A stretch of DNA of 64,000 bases from Octopus vulgaris. Lineage: Eukaryota. Below are positions 28,122 through 40,837 of the stretch, in pieces; within the stretch, counting starts at the first letter, position 1; every line of letters starts with the position of its first letter. Position numbers and translations under genes: made by a program. Below the pieces are notes generated by a model that did not search any database, had not been told where the DNA came from, and saw nothing but the letters and a program-made list of their open reading frames with translations. Where the stretch lies: the NCBI GenBank assembly GCA_951406725.2, contig OX597818.1:119040001-119104000 (forward strand), given 5' to 3'.

Positions 28122-28126
<5 letters not shown>
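27686..28126. mobile_element. Composite of two Penelope-like pLTR fragments inside (TA)n
   Basis: 27686-27930 is homologous to the reverse complement of ~34660-34935, with minus-strand CTGAAGA-G-GTCACA-gatg-TGTGAC-GAAA; 27930-28126 carries plus-strand CCGACGA-A-GAGC-tcc-GCTC-GAAACGTT. Confidence 0.65.
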
Positions 28127-28165
<39 letters not shown>

Positions 28166-28697
28166 TATGCTACTTCATGTTTCCTAGCGTCTTGCCTTCG
28201 TTTATTTTGCATGAATCAAGCAACTGCTCAGTTTATACTTAATGTAAAAATTGCTAGTGAGTGGCTAGCGTTCTTTGGTTTACTACAATAAACTTTTCCA
28301 TTTCTCGCCTGTTATTTTCAAGCTTGTGAGACATTTCTAGATCTATTCCTAGTTTAAATCATTTTACATTTGTACAGGTGTTTGTTTGCTGTATTGTATA
28401 TGTGCGTGTGTGTGCGTGTGTGTGTATGCGTGTGTATAAGAAGAAAAAAAGTGATTTAAGAAATCCTTTTTAGTTAAATGTTAACTAATTTTATATCGCT
28501 ATGAAAAGGTTGCGTGAAAATGTGCTTTCGGAAATAATAATTTCATCGATATTTTCTACATCTAGATATGTTGACATAATAGAAACATTTGCCGGCTTTA
28601 TAACGTGAATTCTACAATTAAAGTTGTGATTTTATCTACATGTACTACATATTTTTGTAATACATATACACACACATACACACACATATATATATAT

Positions 28698-28772
<75 letters not shown>

Positions 28773-28784
28773 CATATATATATG

Positions 28785-28825
<41 letters not shown>

Positions 28826-28829
<4 letters not shown>

Positions 28830-29068
28830 CAGAGTAAGCACATAACTGCGAAACCATAGGTAGAGTAATGTGCTTTATTAAAAGGCAGCAAATTTACCAC
28901 AAAAATCTGTTACTCCGACAATTTTGTTTAAAATGGAGTAAGATAGAAGTTATGTACAGAAATATTTCTGCATATAACTTTATCTTCTAAACAAAACTGT
29001 TCGACGAACGGAAACTTGAAACTCAGAGTAACAAGTTTTGTGATATTTCTGCTCCTTTTTAATACAGT
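28826..29068 (-). mobile_element. Divergent copy of hairpin family P2
   Basis: caccagagtaagcacataa..gtagagtaatgtgctttatt matches the reverse complement of 29243-29322; carries TCGACGAACGGAAACTTGAAACTCAGAGTAACA; between (TA)n tracts. Confidence 0.75.
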
Positions 29069-29092
29069 ATATATTTTATATATATATAAATA

Positions 29093-29322
29093 CTTTATTT
29101 AAAGCAGCAGAAAATTCAACAAAACCTGTTACTCTGAGTTTCCCGTTGCCGTTCGTCGGACAGTTTTTGCTAGCAAAAACTGTCCAGCGAACGGCAACGG
29201 GAAACTCAGAGTAACAGGTTTTGTTGAATTTTCTGCTGCTTTAAATAAAGCATATTACTCTACCACTGGTATTTGAGTACTCTTTTCTCCACCTTGTTTC
29301 ACATTTATGTGTTTACTCCGGT
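29093..29322 (+). mobile_element. Hairpin element P2: 158-bp spacerless palindrome plus 72-bp tail
   Basis: 29093-29250 is self-complementary about GCT|AGC (29171/29172) with 2 mismatches; tail ends in (TA)n. Confidence 0.85.
29126..29163 (-). ncRNA. Type-I hammerhead ribozyme variant (U4C core)
   Basis: ctgt-CCGACGA-acg-GCAA-cgg-GAA-ACTC-a-GAGT-A-acag: stem I CTGT/ACAG, GNRA-capped stem II, stem III ACTC/GAGT, GUA triplet. Confidence 0.6.
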
Positions 29323-29755
29323 ATATATTTATATATATACATATATATATACACACACATATATATTCCTATACATATATATGTGTGTGGGTGGGTGTAT
29401 ATTTGTACATACACGTATATATGTGTGTATGTATTTACGTGTGTATACACATAGAATTTTCTGGTTGCTTCGTCTGATGAAATATCATTTCAGCCTCCTT
29501 ACTAATCTATGGTAGCTCTAATTATATTATGTCCTAAATAAGATGTCTTTATACAACTGAAATAACATTCATCACAGATTGTTCCCTTTCAGTGATCGAA
29601 ACAGAAATCAACATTGTGTCAATTAGTCTGAACAAAACCATACATCGATTGACCTACATACCTATCACGTTATCAACACGTAGTTATGTACTTGTTTGTC
29701 AACAAATGTCGGGTCGTATACGTTACTTCGACCTCGTAGAAATAGTGGAATATTT

Positions 29756-29976
29756 AAGGCGAGCTGGCAGAAACGTTAGAACTCCGGGCGAAATGCTTAG
29801 CGGCTTTTCGTCTGCCGTTACGTTCTGATTTCAAATTCCGCCGAGGTCGACTTTCCTTTCATCCTTTCGGAGTCGATAAATTAAGTACTAGTTACGCACT
29901 GGGGTCGATGTAATCGACTTAATCCGTTCGTCTGTCCTTGTTTGTCCCCTCTATTGTGGGCAATAAAGAATTAAGT
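29756..29976 (+). mobile_element. SINE family C monomer with 15-bp TSD
   Basis: AATAGTGGAATATTT at 29741-29755 and 29977-29991. Confidence 0.92.
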
Positions 29977-30534
29977 AATAGTGGAATATTTTCCGTCTAA
30001 ATCATACAGTATTTTCTAATATTTAAAAATTACATATAATGTAGACCTAGATTAATACAGATTAATTGTGAAATGTTAGAAACTCTGCTAAGCTTATCAC
30101 TTAATGGAAACAACCTCGAAGTTTAGTTGTAAGCGATCGTAGCTTTATAAACAAGAAATGCCACTTGGAGAACAATAATACGAACAATCAAAGGAAGGTA
30201 ATGACCAGGTAGCGGCAAGTGGCTTTTCATTTATTTGAATTTCCTAGACCCTTCTGTATCCAAAGCTATCCTTATATTTATATTTCTGGAGTCACCCCTT
30301 TTGCGTATTGTCCTAAATATTCTGGCGACCACAACATCATATTCTCGTTGCAATTTAGACGACAAATATTACTTACAAATTTGAACTATTTGGGGTTTTT
30401 TTTGTGTGTTTTACTTTCTGGTGACATTAATCCCAAAACTAGTATCAATATTCTGCTGACTTTTGTGGGCAACACATTACATCTTGTTTAAACAAACACG
30501 CACAGCTTAGGAAAATGAGCCAAGAAATATTGAT

Positions 30535-30700
30535 TACAAATTTTGGCACAAGGCCTAACCGATCCCAGCGCTGAACTGGTAATTACTTTATCGACTCCAA
30601 AAGGACTAAAAGCAACGATTTGAACTCAGAACGTAAAGACGTATGAAATGTCGCAAAGTATTTTGCTCGGTGTGCTAATAATTATGCCAGCTAGCCACTT
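30535..30700 (-). mobile_element. SINE family C, divergent copy
   Basis: aactggta..actttatcgac...tttgaactcagaacgtaaag...gccagct.gcc. Confidence 0.7.
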
Positions 30701-31357
30701 CGATGCAAGGGTTATTAACACCAGATGACACACCATGCATAAAATATTTCTGTGAATTCAGCAACTCATTTTTTCGCAGACCTTTTATTATAACATTGAT
30801 ATCAGTTAGTCGTGCAAACTACTTTTTGGCGCCCACTGAGCAAAATCATCCAAAATTCGCTTTGGCCCATTCCACATATCTTTAAACTAACGTGGCACTG
30901 ATTATATCACATTTAGTATTTGGACTTCCGAGATGTCAAGGTTGCTCTCTGTCAACTTGTTGCTGTTATTCTAAGAAATACTTCCTGTAAAATCCATTTT
31001 CTACTTTCTATCCCTGCTTTCTTTTTCATTCTCTTTTATCCCCATTCTCCCTCTCTCTCTTATCCTTTGCAACATAATTTAATTATCCCTTCAGAATGAA
31101 AAGGGTTTTTGTGTTGCATTTAATGCCTGCTTTCAGTGTAAGTTGGCTTCACGTCATACTTCATGTGAGTATTCCCACATCCCATGTACGAAGAAAGCAT
31201 TTCCATGTAGAAATCGTTCCTTTGATCCATCTATATTTTTCCTTAAGTTTCCCAGGAATTCTTTACCTTCCTTATAGATACACACACATACATGGGCTTT
31301 GCGTGCGTGTGAACTTAACTATATATGTGTGTTTACGTGTGTGTGTGTTTAAATGCT

Positions 31358-31402
<45 letters not shown>

Positions 31403-33899
31403 GCATTTAATATATACGAGGATATTATTGTTTATAATAATATCAGCGTAGAAAATCATAAAAATCAAGATTATCAATTAATAATTAAAGGTACTAACAG
31501 GCGGTACCCACATGCTAACATAGCAGTCAAAACCACAAGTTTTCACTTAAATACAAAGGTGAAAGCGGGAAAATGACCAAAAATCCTAACACTCCGTACC
31601 AATGATGAAAATAATCGAAAATTTAAAAAGCCAGACATACAACTTTGAGAAATACCCTTAGTTCATTCTAAGCGAGACTTACTGACCCCAGGGTTGAAGA
31701 GTTTGTTAATTTCAACCAATGTGTGCGATGACCGTTTTTAATGCTGCAACAAATTTCAAAACGTGATCAAAGTGGATAAAAATTGGAGAGTATTGTAGTT
31801 CGCTTGAAGCATTGTATATTGTTTGTAAATAATAAAAAGTTTTGAATAGTACAACAATGCACTATAATATAATATAAACAATGGGCTATATACATGTTGT
31901 AATTTAGTCATCCATAGTCTGATGATATTTCGGAATAAAATTCCTTCTTCAGGTATTCTTAGATTGAGACGCTCCTCAGTCAGAAAGGAGAAGTTGGCGT
32001 TTCTCTGTAGGCGTTGTTAGTATGAAACCCAATACACTCTAGAATCAGCGAGGTTATTGATATTGCTGCCATTACGGCGCAGATATGAAAATAACGCATT
32101 TTTGTGCTGAGAAAGAAAGAATATAGTAAAAAGTGTTAAAATGGTGGTACAAGGGTCTCAATATGACGATGGAAATTGCTCGGTACTAGAACCTGTATTT
32201 GTCCCCTTGTTGCAGCGGATTCAGAAGTTAACTCTACTAATTAATGCGAGGTATTTTGCTGACATGATTCAAAATCAGAACCGGTCACCTAAGGGTGTTT
32301 ACCTGGCGTTTGGTCTACCGATCTTTTGATTCAGTCGTTCGCAGATTCTTGTGCTTCTGTTAACTATAAAATTGAATACTTCCTTATGACTATGTGATTT
32401 ACTTGTGTCTAGAAGGGTAGAAAACAAACGATTTAAACAAGTGAAAATCTCGTGTCACAAACAGGTGAAAAGCTAAACGAAGCAACTATGGAGCCATCAG
32501 ACATATGTGAAAAGCCGGATAGAAAAATGAGAAGAGGATCAGAATGAAGACATCAGAGCAATTATCTTATACGTTCGCTATTTCTTTTGTCTAGCACAGA
32601 AGCAAAGCTATATCTTTCTCTCAGTTGCCAAGTCAAATTATGTATGTGGACACAAATTTGTCTCTTTTACTCAAGTAAGTCATTGAAGAGAATATATCTG
32701 ATTCAAAATGAAGAGAAAGACACAAAAAAAATCGATGTCTATTTATCTTTCTTTACTTGCTGAGAATGTATACCTCTTTTGAGTGATCACATTGAATTGG
32801 AAGAAAGAAATTCATAGCTGGAACATATCAGTCAATAGTTGGGATGACGAGTGACAACATTTTCTCTGAAAGGTTAGTTTCACTACGATAGACATTTGCA
32901 TCCAAGTTTCGAATTTCTTTGTTTTTAATTTTTTTGTTTTTAATTTTTGTTTTATTCCTTTAATGCTCAGCTGGCAGCATAAATTTTGTCATTTAACCTG
33001 AAAACATAACAGTAAAGTTTTTGATGCGGTCCAGTCAATTGAGATGACAATAATTTCTTTTAAAATGTCTTTCATAGATTTTTTTTGAGAAATGGTATAG
33101 ATTGCTTTCTTAACAACATATATACGCTTGTGTTTTCATTCAGAAGTATTAGTTACACTACAAGATTTCTTTTCCTTATATTCATATGAATAAAATATAT
33201 ATTCTATTTCGAAGTGATTACATATTTCTTATACATTTAATAAAATATTGTCTGATTATTTTTTAAAGTAAATATTTTTCTCTTTGCCTAGGTTATATCT
33301 TCTATCTTTCGAAATGAATTAATCTTTAAACAGTATTTTCATTTGGTTTTCATTTACTGTGTTTTCAACTGCGTCATCATATATCAGATTAGAAATACAT
33401 TTTTACATTTCAATGATATAAATTTTGATCATAATTTTTTTTTAATATACATATATATTTAAAGACGTTGAAATTTTACTTCTTTACATGCAAGACATAT
33501 ATTTACAACTGTAGAGAGTACTATTTATGTCATTTCCTTGAAATTATATTTCGTGAAAAAATATTTGCATATTTTTCTTATATTTTCGTGACTGCTCACA
33601 TGCCTTAGAACTGTAAATCAAATAGTAAGACGCTTCCGAAGTAATACTGCTTCTGTAACGAAAAATCATTGAAAATATGAACTCTTAGATTTGCACATTG
33701 ATCTTCACGATTTCGTCAGGGCGTAGGAGAGTAATCTACACGACACTCAGCGATATCACAGAGGCTACACACATTGGCAATAGACAGAGAGAGCCTCAGC
33801 AGAAAACACCCACTAACACACCACACAACGTGATGAATAAAGACTAAAGGCTGAAGGGAGGAAAAGAGAAAAAAAGAAAAACAGATACAAACAGCGTAT

Positions 33900-34105
33900 T
33901 TGTTGTTGTGACCCCCTTCGTTCATGCATGACCATGGGATTGCACCTAGAAAGTTACCTTCCGAGGCACAAGTCCGGGCAAGGTTGTTTATGGGAGACCA
34001 GCAGTCGTCCACGCATAACAACCTCCCCTCTCTACGCCACTGATGTTATCCAAGGGAAATGCAAAGGCCGATACAGCTTAGTACCAGTGACGTCGCAGCT
34101 CATTT
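33900..34105 (-). mobile_element. 3' part of another SINE/LINE-like repeat, joined to a family A copy
   Basis: GC-rich block (gcacaagtccgggcaagg...ggccgatacagctt.g.accagtgacgtcgca) recalled as a retroposon tail; single copy in this window. Confidence 0.5.
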
Positions 34106-34107
34106 AG

Positions 34108-34413
34108 TAACGTGCAAGTGGCTGAGCACTCCACAGACACGTGTACCCTTAACGTAGTTCCCGGGGAGATTCAGCATGACACAGAGTGTGACAAGGCTGG
34201 CCCTTTGAAATGCAGGTACAACAGAAACAGGAAGAAAGAGTAAGAGAAATTTGTGGTGAAAAAATACAGCAGGGTTCACCCCCTGCAGGAGCCTCCCGGA
34301 GCTTTAGTTTTTTTTCGCTCAATAAACACTCACAATGCTCGGTCTGGGAATCGAAACCGCGATCCTACGACCGCGAGTCCGCTGCCCTAACCACTGGGCC
34401 ATTGCACCTCCAC
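34108..34413 (-). mobile_element. SINE family A, 3' truncated
   Basis: Intact tRNA-like head; aligns with 11310-11621. Confidence 0.9.
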
Positions 34414-34429
34414 GTAATACACATACAAT

Positions 34430-34935
34430 AAACATATATGCGCATACCTATGATAAATATTTGAAAATTAGAGACATTAAAAAAACACTGTATAAAGGGA
34501 ACGGATAGAAACAACATAGGAAGCGAACCCATATATACACACAGAGACACACATACGGTAACTTCACAGACGGCTCTGCAACATTATCACCATGATGACT
34601 AAAATCAATGGCAACAACAGCAACAACAACATCTACCACGATGGCAAAACAAGAACGATACTTATATTCGGGATCAAGGGCAGCAGCAGTGGCAATGTGG
34701 TCGGGGACGGGGCTGAGGAATGGGGTCATAGTACAACGAAGAACAATGGCACACACACACACACACACACACGCGCGCACACACACATACACACACACAA
34801 ACGCATGTGCATATAAGGATACTTACCATATAACAACTAATGGATTAAGCAGAGCAAGTGCACACACGAAACCAGAAAGTGTCGCTGAAGAGGACACAGG
34901 TGTGTGAAGAAAGATTTACGGACAGTGGACATGAG
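34430..34935 (+). mobile_element. Interspersed repeat homologous to 27686-27930, with degenerate hammerhead near 34885
   Basis: gcagcagcagtggcaatgtggtcggggacggg...CTGAAGAggacacaggtgtgtgaaGAAA...ggacagtggacatgag. Confidence 0.7.
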
Positions 34936-36899
34936 TTTTATTTTTTACTGTATTGTCAATCAAATGTGTAACGTATTTTTCATAACCGCAGATGCTTGTA
35001 CAAATTTATCCAATTCTTACTTATAATTGCTATGTAATGAGCATGTTATGAATTTAAATTTCAAAGTCGTTGACACGCTATCGTGAACTAGAATTACAGA
35101 AACGAATATCTTGGGTATGTGCAAATCTAGGTACTGCCAAATATGCTAGCTCCATGAGCAGAAGAACTGTATAAAATACAAGGATGTGAGAAAACGTGTT
35201 TTAGAAAATAGATCAGATTTGGTTAGTAAGTTACGTAATACTAATCAGTCAAGCAGCATTTCTTCAACTGTTCGAACTTGTAGAATACCAAGCAAATAGT
35301 GGGACTTTGTAATCAATGTTGTTTATTTAATTAGGGCATACATAAATTTGTTTATATTAAAAACGTAATGAATTTTTGATTAAAGTAATTAATCTGTAAT
35401 ATCATTAAGACGTTAATCTCTGCGGGCACAAAATTTTATTTAGCAAAATAGTAAGTCATTTTCCTTACCAGCCTAGATTCGGATATTTACTAGTTTTTGT
35501 ATTTATATTAATTTCACTAACAATAATTAATTAGTCACTTTTCACAAACAATGTCCTTAAGATATCTTTTCTCAGTTTCATATTTCTGTCAACAAAGTTA
35601 TATCAGCTAGACCCAAGTGCTATGACTACATGCGGTTTTCTCAAGCAAAATAAATTTGAATTTAAACGTAATGAAGCTTATGTTTGTCTCTCAATAAATA
35701 TATTTCCTTAACGACCGAGTATATACACACATACATATTACTGACATGACACCATCCAATATTAAACAATGTTGTTTTAAATATAAAAACGGCTTCTTTT
35801 GATTTATTTATATTATTTATCAATTGTGATGTTGCTTTGCACGAAAAATAAGGAGCTGCTTTACGAAGTAATATACTAATATTTAAATTGTTGTAATAGG
35901 TGTTTGTATTTGTATATAATTATGCACGCGTATTTAAGTATAAAATTTCTGATGAATCATGTTACCCGAAGGTTTAAAGGTATTTCTATAATTTCCCCAA
36001 ATATAATTGGCATTTTGGCAAATAAGCAGCCAAAATAACCCTATTTTTGTAACATTACACATACACATTTAGAAGGAATTTCTGAAACCGATTCCTACAT
36101 ACATACGTTTATTTATATACGTTATACTTAGTTTCAAAAATAATATTCTCATTTATATTTAAGTCAATTATTTGAAACTTTTCTATTTTACCATGATTCT
36201 GCTCTCATCGTCCTAAATTTGCTTAAGTCTTACCTAATCGTATTTTGACCTCTTCATATTATTTTTATGCATCTGCTCTAAACATCATCGCATTTAGCAT
36301 CATGTTTTATTCATTACTGCAAAAAAGCCCCATTTTCAAATACAGAAGCCTTTTTTCATTATTGCATAAGCATTTAGTATAATTACACTAATGATATAAG
36401 CATTAGGTATACATACTCTCTTTGCACGCTCAAATTGCTTTATGTCTCCGCGTAACTCCATATTTCCCACCCCGCTTTTATTTAAACTTATATTGAAACA
36501 TGTCTACTTAAACACATTTAATTTCCGCTTTTTTCTATAATTCTGTTTCAAACTGACCATAATTTTTTTCACATTCATTACTGCACAAAATTTCATATCT
36601 ATTTATTCATTCACCAGAGTTTGGAACAACTTCGGAACGCTTCCACATCACTGACCCCTCAAAAACTGACAAAAAATATATCATGTAATATTGTGTGTGT
36701 TTCTGTGCGTTTTGTTTTTGTGTTTCTCTTTCTGTTTGACCCCCCCACAAAGGTTTAAAAACTCTATAATTTAGTGATTCGATATAAGAGAACAATAATA
36801 AGAACTAGAATTTAGATATAAGTAATGGAGTCGATTTCTTCAACTAAACTCTTCAAGATCACATCTCATATATATGTATATAGTTTCATGTATATGCTT

Positions 36900-36974
<75 letters not shown>
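36900..36974. repeat. (GATA)n microsatellite (others at ~25195, ~28700, ~57798, ~62700)
   Basis: Directly visible. Confidence 0.95.
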
Positions 36975-37537
36975 CTTATATACACATATTCACATACCCA
37001 AACTATATGCACGCACACACGCATATATAATCTACACACATCTACACGTCATTGCGTATACTCACGAGTACACACGTACACACATACACACAAACACGGA
37101 CTTTCGTATATTCTAACGTCGCATGTCTGTATTTTTCATTATTGAGCTACTCTGCTATAATGTTTTAGTGAATACAACATTGTAAAAAAATATAGAATAT
37201 AAACATCAATTATGAATAATTACAAGCTATGGACGAAATAAAAAGGTTTCGTTTATTATATCGTAATATGAGACAAGGTATTGACAAAATCATATAAGCA
37301 TCAAACAATATGATTATCGTTCTGACTTCAACCCCGACGAATTCGATTTTGTACTTTAACTATTCGGACTTGATAAAATAAGATATCTGTCAACTTGTTT
37401 TCTACACTAAAAATTACTGGCCCTGTGTCAAAAATTAGAAAGAATTATATTGGAGTGAGAAAGAATAAGCATAAGACAGTGTAAATGAACATGTGTGTAT
37501 AAGTCACAGATTAAGATTCTGTTGATTATGACAGTTC

Positions 37538-37583
<46 letters not shown>

Positions 37584-37867
37584 CAGAGAGAAAGGAGAAG
37601 TGATTTTTAGATAAAGCATTAGATAGATGTGTCAGGGAAGAATCATTTTCTGTTGTGTCTGGGGAGAGTCATTTTCTTTTTGTGCCTTTTAATTTAACAC
37701 ACTCACCGATAAGATTTCCACTTGTTCCTTATTTTTATTTTCCTAAATTTTCCGTTGCGTCTTGCAAACTTTTCAATAGTCTTCATGAATTCTGATATTG
37801 CAAAAATGATTGATTATGTAATGTGTGTGGCATTTAGTAAAAGAGTGAACAGAATTTATTTTCGTGA

Positions 37868-38274
37868 GAGTGGCTGTGTGGTAAGTAGCTTGCTTACGAA
37901 CCACATGGTTCCGGGTTCAGTCCAACTGTGTGGCAACTTGGGTGTCTTCTACTATAGCCTCGGATCAACCAAAGCCTTGTGATTGGATTTGGTAGACGAA
38001 AACTGAAAGCAGCCTGTCGTATATAAGTATATGTATATGTATATATATATGTGTGTGTATGTGTGTTTGTGCTTCTATATTTATCCCCCCAATATCGCTT
38101 AACAATCGATGCTGGTGTTTTTACATCCCCGTAGCTTAGCGGTCTGGCAAAAGAGACCGATGGAATAAGTACTAGGCTTACAAAGAATAAGTCCCGGGTC
38201 GATTTGCTCGACTAAAGACGGTACTCCAGCATGGCCGCAGTCCAATGACTGAAACAAGTGAAAAAGTAAAAAAG
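37868..38274 (+). mobile_element. SINE family B, full length
   Basis: gagtggctgtgtggtaagtagcttgcttacgaaccacatggttccgggttcagtcc...cagcatggccgcagtccaatgactgaaacaag. Confidence 0.92.
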
Positions 38275-38785
38275 TAAATTTGTTGAGAGAGAAATTTTAA
38301 AAAATTAAGCATTTTGAAAATATTGTGGATGTTTGAGAACGTTAATTATTGGTATTTATATCTTGGATGGGGTTAAATAGTTAATACTACGACATTAGAA
38401 TTCAAATCTGTATAATTAGAAAGCTGCTTTGTTCAAAAGATAATATTCATGTCTTAAAAGTTACGTGAGATTTATAAGAGAAAATAAAGTGTTGTACACA
38501 TATTATTTGAAGCAGCTTACAAATAATGAAAGAGTAGAGAGGATAGCTGGCGTGAAGAAGAAAGATAGAACGTCAAACACTCTTAATCCGGTCGCTTTAA
38601 ATATTGTGCCATTAATGGATTTTATATTTCTAACTTTAAATAGAAGATGAATAACAAAGGGGAATAAATAATTTTAGAAGATCGAAATGGTGATTTATAT
38701 AGATTAAGGTTAGCAGATTTGAATCGATGTCGAGAGTAGAAAAGGCGACACATATACATAGATGTGTGTGAGTGCGTGCGTGTGT

Positions 38786-38821
<36 letters not shown>

Positions 38822-38957
38822 GTGTGTATGTGTATGTGTGTAAAAAGACAATCGCTGGAGTATTAATTTGAGAAAGTATATGTTTAGGTGGGAAATAACT
38901 TATAATGTTATTTAAATAGGAAGTCATTAAAAACAAAATATATCTAAAATATACATA

Positions 38958-39320
38958 TTTTTGTTTTAGTTTCAGCTCAGAGCTGCGGCCATGCTGATGC
39001 ACCACCGTTTTGCTACACTGTTATTACTAAAAGCCTCCTCTAATATGTGGCACTTGGTGAAGAATGGAGTTTGATATAGCTACCCTCATTTGTACCTCTG
39101 GGACTCTCGACAGGAAGAGGTCCAGCTTTGATTTAAAAAACCCTACATCTACTTTGTGCAAGTTCCTCAGACTCTTTGGAAGAATAATAAAAAGCTGTGG
39201 GCTCTTGAAACCCAGGCTGTTGCAGTAACTGGTCCTGAAGCGTGATGGCATTGCTGGGACCTTTGGCACTATGCAGTGTCGTCCCGTTCTGGCATTGGTG
39301 TAGCTTTCACTGCCAAACTA
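38958..39320 (-). mobile_element. CR1/L2-group LINE 3' end (ORF2 C-terminus plus 3' UTR)
   Basis: Peptide RTGRHCIVPKVP...NSLGFKSPQLFIILPKSLRNL...FKSKLDLFLSRVP...SNSILHQ fits the GPxLFNxLP/FKxxLDxFL C-terminal pattern; second copy at 61720. Confidence 0.8.
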
Positions 39321-39913
39321 GTCGTTTTTTTTAAGATTGAGAATCGAAGACAATCAAATAATTACTTAAACTGTAGAGAAGAAAATGGATAAAATTAACG
39401 AGAAGCTGTAGAGAAGACAACCCATATGTAGCAATAGTGGACACACATACGTTTAATTTACGACAGTAAGGAACTAATAGGAATAAGAACTAATATGAAC
39501 ATATAATAGTTTTTAAGTTACATTAAATATGATTGCCCATTACTGCTATGAGTGATCAGGAAAGAGGAAAAGGAAAGTAGTTAAAAAAACATAGTACCAA
39601 GCAGCAATTAGAAGTAATTACAGATACTTATATTGGAGTATCAATGTATGAGATAACAACATGGAACGCAAAATATCAATAAACGCATAAAATACAGAAA
39701 AATAATTTCCATTCTACTGAAATCAAGAAGGAACCTACTCCATTAATGATAGGATACTCAAATACTAAGGAAAAGAAATACGTTGAACCAAAGACTTTCT
39801 GAAGATAATAAACACTGACCAAATCGCAAATGATTTGTAGACATGAGAATCAGAGACAATGCTCTAAACACAAGATTCAGATCGACGCCAACTTTAAAGG
39901 ATTTTATCAGAAA

Positions 39914-40304
39914 CTAGCAGTATCGCCCGGCGTTGCTCGGGTTTGTTTCGACTCTTTAGAATTGGAATTTTTGAAAAGTAAAAATGTTGCATTATGTAGC
40001 TTGTTATTCTCTTTAAGTGAACATTCTTCTGGTTGACATATACCAAAAATGGCGACACAGTAGTCAAAACATCATAAAAAATAGGGATTTTCATAGGAAA
40101 AAAGCACCTTTTTGATGTAAATAATTTTTGGTGTTAACATGGTCCGATTTGAATTTTATCTCCTACGAAAGGAAGAACAAGCCTTCTTCTATCATACTCT
40201 CAATTTTGGTCAACTTGCGCCGCAGGGTCTCAGAGGCGATAGTGTTAGTTGAGGGCTACCAAACCTGCCATACACAGACAACTTCAGCTTTATATATAGA
40301 GAGA
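39914..40304 (-). mobile_element. Non-autonomous Helitron (~390 bp)
   Basis: Minus strand begins TCTCTCTATATATAAAGC and ends with hairpin CCCGAGC-AAC-GCCGGG, a short spacer, then CTAG followed by T; no TSD. Confidence 0.85.
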
Positions 40305-40837
40305 CTAGACAAAAGGATTATTGAAATCAATATTGTTTCAACAAGAAAAAAAAAGACGTCTGAGGTGTAAGAGCTAGGTAATAATCTCCACGGAAATTTT
40401 TCAAAGGAACGAAAAGTATCTGATCCATCGTGGTAAGTAATAAAACACAATTAGATCGAACACATGAGAGTAAAAGGTAAAGTTAGAGCACCTGGACGTA
40501 ATAAGATAACTGGAACACGTATTCTGTTAAGAGAGAATTCTTATAAGATACTGAGAGAGGTAAAGAAAACACTTCGTTTCCTCACTGAGGTGTAACCAAA
40601 GACAATTAGAAGAAAAAGAAGATTTTGGATAGATTACACATGAGCAAGGTAGAACCAATAATAAGTAACACATTAATCAATTTATATATAAATGATTATG
40701 ACTTTTATAGATGCATATCTTCAATGAACGGAATCCCCCATATCATTCCTTTCGTAAACAGGTAATGACACCTTACCGACATTTAAAAACTGCTGTAATG
40801 ACATGCAAGTCCCTTATCGCAATTTGTTATCGTTTTA

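Noticed and set aside
33700-33722. CTGACGA on the minus strand (also partial cores at ~4981, ~51405, ~52154)
   Set aside because: No properly spaced stem II plus GAAA; not counted as hammerheads.
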